The notes below the pieces were generated by a model. That model made no database searches. It was not told the origin of the DNA and was given only the letters and a program-made list of their open reading frames with translations. DNA of 45,588 nt, taken from Planctomycetota bacterium (lineage in GTDB: Bacteria; Planctomycetota; PUPC01; JABMSA01). A program made the translations under genes and the position numbers. The DNA lies in NCBI GenBank assembly GCA_035527355.1, contig DATLAR010000079.1, positions 1 through 45,588 of the forward strand, in the 5' to 3' direction. Below, in pieces: positions 33,276 through 41,649 of the stretch (position 1 is the stretch's first letter; each line of letters begins with the position of its first letter).

Positions 33276-34121
33276 ATGGAATCGCAACAGAACCCGTCGG
33301 GCCCGCCGCAAGAGCCTTCCGGCGATTACAACCCCGCCAACGATTACAGCGTGGAACTCGACGCCTACAAAGGCCCGCTCGATCTGCTCGTCTATCTCAT
33401 CAAGCGAACGGAGGTGGACATCTACGACATCCCCATCGCCGAGATCACCGCGCAATACCTGAGCTACATCGAAATCATGCGGCAGATCAACATCACAGTC
33501 GCGGGCGAGTTTGTGCTGATGGCCGCCACGCTCATCGAGATCAAATCCAAGATGCTGCTGCCGCGCGAAACGCTCGACGATCTCGAAGACGACGACGGCG
33601 ATCCGCGGATGGAACTTGTGCGGCAGCTCCTCGAATACAAGCGCTTCAAAGACGCCGCACGGATGCTCGAAGACGCCGAAGAAGAACAATCGAAGCGATT
33701 CCCGCGGCCGCCGCTGGACAAGGAGGCGCTTCGTCTCGAAATCCCGCAGGAGGACGAGAACCCGTTCGACGGGGTGAGCCTGTGGGACCTCCTCACCGCA
33801 TTCTCGAAGGTGCTCGAAGAAACCAAGCTAGCCGAGCCGCGAACAATTTACCAGACCGACAAGCCCCTGAAGTTCTTCATGGTCATGGTGCTCGAATCGC
33901 TGAAGGACCAGCAGCGGGCGAGCTTCCGCGACCTCTTCCTGGACCTCAAGGACAAGTCGGTGGTGATCGGAGTCTTTCTGGCGATCCTCGAGCTGATGCG
34001 CCTCAGGCGCATCAAAGGCGAGCAGGCAGGGCCCTTCGGCGATATCTACCTCTCGCTCGTCGATGGCGGCTCGGCAGACGATCTGCCCGACGATGAAACA
34101 TTGGGCTACGACAACGCGTAG
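33276..34121 (+). CDS. scpA: segregation and condensation protein A (kleisin)
   Basis: Characteristic N-terminus L.AY.GPLDLLVYLIKR.EVDIYDIPIAEIT.QYL.YI. Size is about 280 aa. Confidence 0.88.
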   Translation: MESQQNPSGPPQEPSGDYNPANDYSVELDAYKGPLDLLVYLIKRTEVDIYDIPIAEITAQYLSYIEIMRQINITVAGEFVLMAATLIEIKSKMLLPRETLDDLEDDDGDPRMELVRQLLEYKRFKDAARMLEDAEEEQSKRFPRPPLDKEALRLEIPQEDENPFDGVSLWDLLTAFSKVLEETKLAEPRTIYQTDKPLKFFMVMVLESLKDQQRASFRDLFLDLKDKSVVIGVFLAILELMRLRRIKGEQAGPFGDIYLSLVDGGSADDLPDDETLGYDNA

Positions 34122-34152
34122 GGAAACATCGGACCTGATAGGAAATTGAGCC

Positions 34153-35136
34153 ATGTATGACATCGTAACGTTTGGCGAGGCAATGCTGAGGCTGTCGCCC
34201 CCCGATTTCAAGCGGTTGGAACAGGCGACATCATTCGACGTGTGCGTGGGCGGCGGCGAGCTGAATGTCGCCGTTGCGGCCGCCAGAATGGGCAAGAAGG
34301 CCGCGTGGATATCGAAGCTGCCAGACGGCCCCACCGGGCGGCTGATCGGCAACAAAGCCCGCGAATGGGGCGTGTGCACCGATCACATAGTGTGGAGCAA
34401 GGAAGGCCGCGCCGGCATCTATTTCATGGAATTCGGCGCCGCGCCGCGGGCAAGCTCGGTGCTGTACGACCGCGCGAATTCATCCATAAGCCTGATCAAG
34501 GGGCGCGAGGTGGACTGGAATTCGATATTCGAAGGCGTGAAGGTTTTTCACGTCAGCGGCATCACACCGGCCCTCAGCAAATCGGCCGCCGATGTCACCT
34601 TCGAGGCCGTGCGCGCCGCGAAACGCAAGGGAGCGCTCGTCAGCTACGACCTCAACTACCGCGTGAAGCTTTGGACCGAAGAAGAGGCCCAGAAATGCCA
34701 GGAGCCGATGATGGAGTTCGTCGACATCCTGATCTCCACCGAGGAAGACACGAACCGCGTTTTCAAAATCAGCGCGCCCACCTACAACGAAGTGGCCGAG
34801 CAGCTCGCGAAGAAATTCAGTTTCAAAGCCGTTGCCATCACGCTGCGCGACACGCCATCTGTGTGGAAGAACACGTGGACGGCTATCGCCTACGCCGACG
34901 GCAAGTTCTACGCCGACAAGACCTATGACGTGGAGATAGTGGATCGCGTAGGCTCCGGCGATTCGTTTACCGCGGGCTTCCTGATCGGGTATCTGGAACA
35001 AGGCGTGGAGTACGGCTTGAAGCTGGGAAACGCCCTCGCCGCTCTGAAGCACTCGATTCCGGGCGACCTGCCCATCGTCACGCGCGACGAGGTGGAAAAT
35101 GTTATGAAGAAAGGCGGGCTGAGGATCAGCAGGTGA
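34153..35136 (+). CDS. kdgK: PfkB-family sugar kinase, 2-dehydro-3-deoxygluconokinase-like
   Basis: IVTFGEAMLRLSP, GGGELNVAVAAARMG, GIYFMEFG...R.S.VLYDR, DRVGSGDSFTAGF (ribokinase-family anion hole). Confidence 0.7.
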   Translation: MYDIVTFGEAMLRLSPPDFKRLEQATSFDVCVGGGELNVAVAAARMGKKAAWISKLPDGPTGRLIGNKAREWGVCTDHIVWSKEGRAGIYFMEFGAAPRASSVLYDRANSSISLIKGREVDWNSIFEGVKVFHVSGITPALSKSAADVTFEAVRAAKRKGALVSYDLNYRVKLWTEEEAQKCQEPMMEFVDILISTEEDTNRVFKISAPTYNEVAEQLAKKFSFKAVAITLRDTPSVWKNTWTAIAYADGKFYADKTYDVEIVDRVGSGDSFTAGFLIGYLEQGVEYGLKLGNALAALKHSIPGDLPIVTRDEVENVMKKGGLRISR

Positions 35137-35164
35137 TCCAGCCATAGGCCGAATGGATACGCAC

Positions 35165-35186
35165 GGGCAAGGCATAGTCCTTGCCC
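35165..35186. terminator. hairpin between convergent kdgK and the 598-aa gene (candidate bidirectional terminator)
   Basis: GGGCAAGG (35165-35172), 6-nt loop, CCTTGCCC (35179-35186). Followed by TGCTTCATTTC on the plus strand. Confidence 0.45.
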
Positions 35187-35190
35187 TGCT

Positions 35191-36984
35191 TCATTTCAAG
35201 GGCATGTCGTCGCGGTGCCGAATCTCCCACAGCGTTTCGCTCTCTTTTCGCGCGAGAAAGCGGCCGCTGATCTCGGGCATTGGCTGCATGCGGTTCCAGC
35301 CGAGCAGCCGCAGGCGACCGTCCGGCGGATTGGTGCTGATCCAGTGCCGGAGCACGCGGTGCTGCGAGGGACGCGTCGCCGCGAAATGATCCCATACGAT
35401 CCGCCCCAGGCTTGCCCGGCTGCCTGGGCTGAAATCCACCGTCACCGATTCCCCCAACGCCAGCCGCTCGATGAAAACCGCGTCGGTGCCGTCGGTGAAG
35501 ATCAAGTCGCTGAAATCTATCGCATCGCCCGTGCCGATAGTCCGCATCTCATTCGATATCGCATATCGATCGGCCGAAAGCTCTGTAATGCGCACGCTCC
35601 CTTGGAAGCTCAGCACTCCGGCCTGCTCGAAGCAGGTGGGCCGGCCGCTGCCGAGGCCGGTGTCGTACGCCGACGCACCGTTTGAAACACGCACGTGCAC
35701 CGGCCCCTGCGAAAGCATCAGGTCAGAGTAGAACAGCGGCTTTGCGGGCGTGTCGAAAGATGCCCGCACCTTCACCTCACCCGTTCCCGGCGTGGTGAAA
35801 TTCACGTAGCGCGTGCTGGCCGCCGATGACGCCCCCGACTGAGTGCACGCGTGCGATACGCTTTCGAGCGCCACCATCGATCTCGGCAAGAGCAGCAGGT
35901 AGATGACGGCCGCGAAAACGGCGGCGAAGCCGACGGCCGACAGCGCGAAGATGAGCGGCTTTTCCGAACGCAGCACTATCAGCGTTATCGCCATCGCAAG
36001 CACATAGCCGACCGCCGCGAGCCACAGCGTCTTGCGCGGGCCAGCGGGCCATTCGGCCGGCGTGGACATCTCGTAAGCCAACGGTGCCAGCAGCGGGTTG
36101 GGCTGGCGCTGGGGCGGGCGGTCCAGCTCCAGCAGCCTCAGGGTTGCCAGCGTTGCCGCATCGTCGCCGTCATTTGCATATGCGTGCTCGTACTGCGAAA
36201 TCATCACGCGGCCCAGGCCCACCCGAAAGCCGGCAAGGCTTTCGAACCGCTCATCGTAGATGACGTCCAGCCCGGCATCTCTGAGCGAGCGCGCCATCTC
36301 GCGGCCCTCGAGCCGCCTCTGCGTGCGGAAATGGTCGGCCGGAAAGAACCGCCGCCAGAATGAGCTGATGGAATCGGCGCCGGCGGGCGGCGAGACAATC
36401 AGCATGCGGCCGCCGCGGGTGAGCCAAGCGGTCATGGCCTGGCGCTGCTCGTCGCGCGGGGCAGACGACAGGTCGGCGATCAGCAGCAGATCGAGTGCTT
36501 CGTATGCGCGGAAATCTTCGGGCAGGTCGCGAGCCTCGATCTGTGCGGTTTGCGAGCCTTCGGGCAGGTGGCGCAGCAGCGCGGCGATCCTGGGCGGCGC
36601 GCCCCCCAGCAACGCTATGAGCCTTGCCGAGGGCGCCACGGCCTTGGGTTGGTATTCCATGCGTGCACCCGAACGCAGGCCCAGCTCGGCAATCGGGCCC
36701 AGCGACAGCGGCACCGCGAGGTAATACTCGCGCGCCGATGAGCCGGGCACCGCGATCTGTTTCTCGATGGTAACGGCGTCTGATGTGATGACCATACGGC
36801 CGCTTAGCGGTGCGGGGCCGGTATTCACCCTCACCACAACCGGCGTGAAATGGCCGTGGCGAAAATAGCCCGCGAAGCCGCTGGACATGCTGACGGACAG
36901 CTCGGTTTGCCCGGCGGCGGAATGCACGCAAAAGCACGCGGCGATGATGAAAGCGAGCAGCGGGATGCCGAGGTGAGTGCGCAT
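35191..36984 (-). CDS. hypothetical secreted/membrane protein (signal peptide, central TM helices)
   Basis: Start taken as ATG 36984; the track start at 36987 is TTG. Signal-like MRTHLGIPLLAFIIAACFCVHSAAG. Hydrophobic stretches LWLAAVGYVLAMAITLIVL and IFALSAVGFAAVFAAVIYLLLL. No family recognised. Starts 32 nt after the rpoN stop codon. Confidence 0.65.
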   Translation of the reverse strand: MRTHLGIPLLAFIIAACFCVHSAAGQTELSVSMSSGFAGYFRHGHFTPVVVRVNTGPAPLSGRMVITSDAVTIEKQIAVPGSSAREYYLAVPLSLGPIAELGLRSGARMEYQPKAVAPSARLIALLGGAPPRIAALLRHLPEGSQTAQIEARDLPEDFRAYEALDLLLIADLSSAPRDEQRQAMTAWLTRGGRMLIVSPPAGADSISSFWRRFFPADHFRTQRRLEGREMARSLRDAGLDVIYDERFESLAGFRVGLGRVMISQYEHAYANDGDDAATLATLRLLELDRPPQRQPNPLLAPLAYEMSTPAEWPAGPRKTLWLAAVGYVLAMAITLIVLRSEKPLIFALSAVGFAAVFAAVIYLLLLPRSMVALESVSHACTQSGASSAASTRYVNFTTPGTGEVKVRASFDTPAKPLFYSDLMLSQGPVHVRVSNGASAYDTGLGSGRPTCFEQAGVLSFQGSVRITELSADRYAISNEMRTIGTGDAIDFSDLIFTDGTDAVFIERLALGESVTVDFSPGSRASLGRIVWDHFAATRPSQHRVLRHWISTNPPDGRLRLLGWNRMQPMPEISGRFLARKESETLWEIRHRDDMPLK

Positions 36985-37016
36985 CAATTTACCCGAACGC
37001 GAGATGAGAGAGTGGG

Positions 37017-38444
37017 CTAAAGACCGGTCAAATATGATTTGCGGCGCCGCGACGACGGTATCTTCATTGCCTTGCGGTATTTGGTGACGGTGCGCCGGGC
37101 GATGTCGATGCCCTGCGACTGGAGCTGCGAGGCTATGTCTCCGTCGCTCAGCGGGGAATTCCGGTCCTCGTTCTTGATTACGTCGCTCAGCAGTTGCTTC
37201 ACGCTCTTGCGTGAGGTCATCGTTCCTTCAAAGTTCCGGGTGCCGCCGGTGAAGAAGAACTTGAGCGGGAAGATGCCTCGGGGCGTTTGCATGAATTTTT
37301 CGGCGATGGCGCGGCTCACGGTGGAAACGTGCACGCCGGTGGTTTCGGCGATGGTGCGCATCTTCAGCGGCTGCAGCTCGGAGATGCCGTGGTCGAGGAA
37401 TCCGCGCTGCACCTTTACGATTTCGAGGGCGATTTTTTTCAGCGTATTTCGGCGCTGCTCGATTGCCTCGATCAGCCAGCGTGCGGCCTGGATTTTGCGC
37501 CTGATGAACTCTTTCGCCTGCTCGGGCGTAGAGCTGTCGCCGAGCATCTTCTGGTAAAGCGGGCTGATGTAAAGTTGGGGCAGGTGATTGTCTTCGAGCT
37601 TCACCTCGTATTCATTTTCGCCGGCCTCGATGAGGATGTCGGGCGTGATGTATTGCGGAATTTCGCCGCCGAAGACGTTGCCGGGCCGGGGGTTGAGGTG
37701 CGTTTTTATGAAGTCGATGGCATCCTGGATTTCCTCGGCCGAGCGGTTCGTTTCCCGCATAATCTTGGGAAAACGATTCATGTAGATGTCTTCGAGATAC
37801 TTCTCGATCAGCTCTTTTTCGAGCGGATGCTGCTCGGCATCGGTGAGCTGCAGCAGCAGGCACTCGCGTAGGTCGCGTGCGCCCACGCCGGGCGGATCGA
37901 GCGACTGCACGAGCACGAGCACGGCCTCCACCTCTTCGGGCTTTGCGTTGTTCGACGCCGCCCCGATCTCGGTCAGCGTGCTCTGGAGGTAGCCGTTGTC
38001 GTCGACGTTATAGATGATGTTCTCGCCAATCAGCCGCTGCTCCGGGCTGATGTCGAGGAGGTTGAACTGGTTGAAGAGGAAATCCTGCAGCGACATGGGC
38101 CGAGCAGCGGTGTTCTGCATGGCCTCGTGCTTTTTATCTTTTTCAGAATAAACAGGCGCGGGCCGCGAGCCTTGCGGGTATTCCTGCCAGCGCTTATCGT
38201 CGAACGTCTCGTCGAGCGGCTTTGGCTCGCTTTGCTGGGGGTCGCCCGGCGGGCCCTCGTCGGGTGCTCCGGGCTTGATTTCGAGTTCCTCGAGCACGGG
38301 GTTCTCGACCAGCTCCTGCTTGATGCGCTGCTGAAGCTCGAGTGTGGGGAGCTGAAGGATTTCGATCGACTGGATGATCTGGGGCGCGAGCTTCATTTTC
38401 AGCTCGAGCTTCTGCTGCAGCCCCATTTCCATTCTCATTGCCAT
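37017..38444 (-). CDS. rpoN: RNA polymerase sigma-54 factor
   Basis: Region I: LQQKLELKMKLAPQIIQSIEILQLPTLELQQRIKQELVENPVLE. HTH: IAETTGVHVSTVSRA. RpoN box: ARRTVTKYR. Start set to ATG 38444 (AGAGGA SD). Confidence 0.9.
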   Translation of the reverse strand: MAMRMEMGLQQKLELKMKLAPQIIQSIEILQLPTLELQQRIKQELVENPVLEELEIKPGAPDEGPPGDPQQSEPKPLDETFDDKRWQEYPQGSRPAPVYSEKDKKHEAMQNTAARPMSLQDFLFNQFNLLDISPEQRLIGENIIYNVDDNGYLQSTLTEIGAASNNAKPEEVEAVLVLVQSLDPPGVGARDLRECLLLQLTDAEQHPLEKELIEKYLEDIYMNRFPKIMRETNRSAEEIQDAIDFIKTHLNPRPGNVFGGEIPQYITPDILIEAGENEYEVKLEDNHLPQLYISPLYQKMLGDSSTPEQAKEFIRRKIQAARWLIEAIEQRRNTLKKIALEIVKVQRGFLDHGISELQPLKMRTIAETTGVHVSTVSRAIAEKFMQTPRGIFPLKFFFTGGTRNFEGTMTSRKSVKQLLSDVIKNEDRNSPLSDGDIASQLQSQGIDIARRTVTKYRKAMKIPSSRRRKSYLTGL

Positions 38445-38454
38445 ACTACGTCCT

Positions 38455-39066
38455 CTATCGGATCTCCTGTCGCCCCTTGATGGCATCGGTGAGGATAGCC
38501 CGGCTAACGCATTCCACCTGGCTTCCCGGCGGCAGTCCCCTTGCCGGCCTCGTGATCTTCACCCCGGTGCCTTTCAGCAGGTCCGCAATGTGGTTTGCGG
38601 TCAGGTCGCCCTCCATGTTGGGGTTAGTTGCAATTATCACTTCCGCGATGTCACCTGTTATTCTATCAACAAGCTTGGCGATAGTCAAGTCTTGCGGGTT
38701 GATTCCTTCAAGAGGCGATATATGGCCTCCGAGCACGTGATACAGGCCCTTGTAGCTGCCGGAGCGCTCCACGGCCAGCAGGTCGCGCGTTTGCTCCACC
38801 ACGCATATCACGCCGGTTTCGCGCCCCGCGGCCGAGCATACCCAGCAGGGGTCCGACTCGTCGATGTTGCAGCAGCGCGAGCACATGCACGTGTTCTTCT
38901 TCAGGTCGCGCACCGCATAAGCCAGGCCCATCGCCTCGTCGGTCGACGCCTTGAGAATATGGAATGCCAGCCGTTCGGCGGTCTTGGTGCCGATGCCCGG
39001 CAGCTTTTCCAGCTCCTCTATCAACCTGTCCAGCGATTTCGGATAGCTCTTCAAATTACGTTCCAC
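38455..39066 (-). CDS. recR: recombination protein RecR
   Basis: HhH LPGIGTKTAERLAF. Zinc finger C.RC....E...C..C. Toprim domain ICVVE...D..A.E and IIATNPNMEGD.TA. GTG start. Confidence 0.92.
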   Translation of the reverse strand: MERNLKSYPKSLDRLIEELEKLPGIGTKTAERLAFHILKASTDEAMGLAYAVRDLKKNTCMCSRCCNIDESDPCWVCSAAGRETGVICVVEQTRDLLAVERSGSYKGLYHVLGGHISPLEGINPQDLTIAKLVDRITGDIAEVIIATNPNMEGDLTANHIADLLKGTGVKITRPARGLPPGSQVECVSRAILTDAIKGRQEIR

Positions 39067-39135
39067 GCACTTATACTATCGGAATATCCCACACGTGTTT
39101 GAGCCAAAATCCGCCGACCGGCCGGTGCATTGCGA

Positions 39136-39462
39136 TCAGACCAGCCCCGGAATGCTCAAACCGCCCGTTGCCTTGCCCATCTCGTCCTTCGCCAAGTCCT
39201 TGGATTTCTTCACCGCCTGCGACACTGCCGCAAGGATGAGGTCCTCCAGCATCTCCACGTCGTCGGGGTCCACCACCTTCGGGTCGATCTTCAGTTTCAC
39301 TATCTCCTGGTGGCCGTTCACGAATGCCGCCACCATTCCACCGCCGGCGGAACCCTCCACGATCCTGTTCTTCAGGTTTTCCTGGATCTCCGCGATCTTC
39401 TTCTGCATTTCCTGGGCGTGCTTGATGAAACCGCCCATGTTGCCGCCTAGTCCTTTGGACAT
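39136..39462 (-). CDS. ybaB: YbaB/EbfC-family nucleoid-associated protein
   Basis: 108 aa. N-terminus M..F.K.AQEMQKK. Then GSAGGGMV....NG..E...L.IDP. Sits in the canonical position between dnaX and recR and overlaps the dnaX stop by 16 nt. Confidence 0.88.
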   Translation of the reverse strand: MSKGLGGNMGGFIKHAQEMQKKIAEIQENLKNRIVEGSAGGGMVAAFVNGHQEIVKLKIDPKVVDPDDVEMLEDLILAAVSQAVKKSKDLAKDEMGKATGGLSIPGLV

Positions 39463-41108
39463 TTCTTCACCCCCTTGGCTCCGACGATTCGGCCTCTGAA
39501 AGTCTTCACAACATTCTTAACCGCCGGATCGTCGTAATACTCAGCATATTTTCCGTCGGCCGGCGGGGCATCGTCGCTCTCGCCAGCCGCCGTCGGAGCG
39601 GCCGTCTGCGTTTCGGCTGCCGGCCTCACGTGCGGCGTCTTCACCTCTTCGAAGACTACGCGCGCCTTGGTATTCAGCACTTGCTTCACCACCGCTTCCA
39701 CGATGTCATTCTTGAAACTGAAACTTTTCATGTGATTGATCACAACCACGGAATCGCTCTGCTGCGCTATGCCAACCAGAGCGCTGGCCGTTACCCTGCT
39801 GCTTTTCGCTACCTCTGCCACGATGCGCTCCCACGGCCCGGCATTCGCCGCGGGCGCCGCCGCCGGCGGCCGCTCCTGTCGATATGCGGCCGGCCGTTCG
39901 CCCAAGGCTTCGCGCTGCGAGGCGCCGGGCGCCCCGCCGCTTGCATTGCCGGCGTTTCCGCCCGGGCCGCCGTTTTCCAGCGCCTGCAGCCGCTGCAAGA
40001 GCTCGTCCAGCGATATCATCTTTTCAAGCCGCGCCAGCCGCACCAGGGCCATCTCTACCGGTATGCGGCTCTCGACCGCCGCCCGGATACGCGATTTCGC
40101 ATCGCTGAGCACCTGCATCGAATACAGGATGGAATCCACGCCCAGCGCCTTCTGCTGCTTCTCAAGGCGGTCTGCGTCGTCGTCGTTCTCGTGAACCAGC
40201 GGCGAATGCCGGCCGCACAGGCCTATCAGCATCAGCTCGCGGTAGTGAGCCATGAGCTCGTCGAGGAACGACTCGTTGTCCACGCCCTTCAGCACCGCCG
40301 TGTCGAGTATTGCAAGGGCATCGGGCACGTTGGCCTGGCTTATGAGATCGACGAGGCGGAAGAGGTCGTCGCGCGAGAGGGCGCCGATGCCTTCGTAAAC
40401 ATCCTCTTCGGTGATTCGTTTTCCGGTGAACGAGATGAGCTGATCGAGCAGCGACTCGGAATCGCGCAGGCCGCCGCGTGCGTTTCGTGCGATGGCCATA
40501 AGTGCCGCGTCGTCGATCTCAACGCTCTCGGCGTCGCAGATGCGCCGCAGCTCGCGCACGATCTTCCCGGTAGGGATGCGCTTGAAATCCAGCCGCTGGC
40601 AACGCGAGCGGATCGTCTCGGGCAGCCTGTTGGCTTCGGTGGTGGCGAGGATGAAGATCACGTGCTTTGGCGGCTCTTCGAGCGTTTTGAGCAACGCGTT
40701 GAAGGCCGGCTCGGTGAGCATGTGCACCTCGTCTACGATGTAGATCATGTGCTTGCCGAGGCTGGGCAGATATTTCACGTTCTCGCGCAGCAGGCGGACG
40801 TCATCGATGCCGCGGTTCGACGCCGCGTCGATCTCTATCACGTCCACGTTGTCGCCGCGTGCAATGCTCTTGCAGTGCTCGCAGGTGTTGTCGGGTTCGG
40901 CTGTAGGGCCTTGCCGGCAGTTCAGGGCCTTGGCGAGGATGCGTGCCATCGAGGTTTTGCCCACGCCACGCGGCCCGGCAAAAAGGTAGGCGTGTGCCAC
41001 GCGGCCGCTGTTCACGGCGTTCTTCAGCGTTTGAGCTGCGCTCTCCTGCCCGATCACGTCGTCAAAGCGCTGCGGCCTGTATTTCCTGGCAAGAACAATA
41101 TAGCCCAT
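39447..41108 (-). CDS. dnaX: DNA polymerase III subunit gamma/tau
   Basis: Start set to the ATG giving MGYIVLARKYRPQRFDDVIGQ. Walker A GPRGVGKTS, zinc module C..C..C, DEVHMLT, SRCQR. Confidence 0.9.
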   Translation of the reverse strand: MGYIVLARKYRPQRFDDVIGQESAAQTLKNAVNSGRVAHAYLFAGPRGVGKTSMARILAKALNCRQGPTAEPDNTCEHCKSIARGDNVDVIEIDAASNRGIDDVRLLRENVKYLPSLGKHMIYIVDEVHMLTEPAFNALLKTLEEPPKHVIFILATTEANRLPETIRSRCQRLDFKRIPTGKIVRELRRICDAESVEIDDAALMAIARNARGGLRDSESLLDQLISFTGKRITEEDVYEGIGALSRDDLFRLVDLISQANVPDALAILDTAVLKGVDNESFLDELMAHYRELMLIGLCGRHSPLVHENDDDADRLEKQQKALGVDSILYSMQVLSDAKSRIRAAVESRIPVEMALVRLARLEKMISLDELLQRLQALENGGPGGNAGNASGGAPGASQREALGERPAAYRQERPPAAAPAANAGPWERIVAEVAKSSRVTASALVGIAQQSDSVVVINHMKSFSFKNDIVEAVVKQVLNTKARVVFEEVKTPHVRPAAETQTAAPTAAGESDDAPPADGKYAEYYDDPAVKNVVKTFRGRIVGAKGVKKCPKD

Positions 41109-41178
41109 CGGCAAACACGCTGGATTCTTCTTTGCGCGGGGGCTGCCCCGCCGCCACATGGTTGACTGCAATGAAAAT

Positions 41179-41450
41179 AGGCCGCGGACCCTTCTCCGAC
41201 AGGATTCCCCGGCTCACGCAATGGCAGTTAGCTAGGACCACCTGACCCTACTGCACATGAGAGCATATGCTTATGGCTGCTGCTGTCAGGCTCTGACCAG
41301 GTTCGCACCGTCTCATTGCGTAGGAGACGGTCCGTCAAACACCACTTGCCATTACAGATACCGAGAAAACACAGCCTCGGAAGGGCATCGACCCGGCTAT
41401 GGCGGATTGCCGGTTACAGGGTACCGCCGGTTCCCCGTCTACCGCGGCCT
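41179..41450 (-). ncRNA. ffs: signal recognition particle RNA, large (Bacillus-type, with Alu domain)
   Basis: The minus-strand sequence aligns block by block with remembered B. subtilis scRNA: CCCTGTAACCGGCAATCCGCCATAGCC, AAGTGGTGTTTGACGG, CGCAATGAGA, GGTCAG...AGCAGCAGCC, CTCTCATGTGCAGTAGGG, CTAGCTAACTGCC, TGTCGGAGAAGG. The 5' AGGCCGCGG pairs with the 3' CCGCGGCCT. Length is 272 nt, directly upstream of dnaX as in Bacillus. Confidence 0.8.
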
Positions 41451-41540
41451 AAACTGAAGTATTTTGGTTGAAAGCGCGCCCGAAAAGCCTTGCACGGGCT
41501 TCTCGGCCCGCCGCAAGACGCCTCGTCGCTTCCTTACTTC

Positions 41541-41569
41541 ATTATATGGCGTAATTGGCGGAGAATCAA
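41541..41569 (-). promoter_or_regulatory. sigma70-type promoter TTGATT-N17-TATAAT directed toward ffs-dnaX
   Basis: Minus strand: TTGATT (41569-41564), 17-nt spacer, TATAAT (41546-41541). The predicted TSS is about 84 nt upstream of the mature SRP RNA 5' end. Confidence 0.55.
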
Positions 41570-41601
41570 AGAAAAAACAACACCATCTCACCTGAACATT
41601 C

Positions 41602-41630
41602 TTGAACCTCTCCCCTGTTGCCTGTAGAAT
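41602..41630 (+). promoter_or_regulatory. sigma70-type promoter TTGAAC-N17-TAGAAT for the ABC importer operon
   Basis: TTGAAC 41602-41607, 17-nt spacer, TAGAAT 41625-41630, 19 nt before ATG 41650. Bracketed by the 9-bp inverted repeat GAACATTCT / AGAATGTTC. Confidence 0.55.
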
Positions 41631-41649
41631 GTTCTGTCGAGAATACCTT

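Noticed and set aside
39447-41108. Programmed ribosomal frameshift site in dnaX (the gamma/tau split)
   Set aside because: I saw no A-AAA-AAG-type slippery heptamer with a downstream hairpin in the coding strand. The frameshift is not universal among bacteria.
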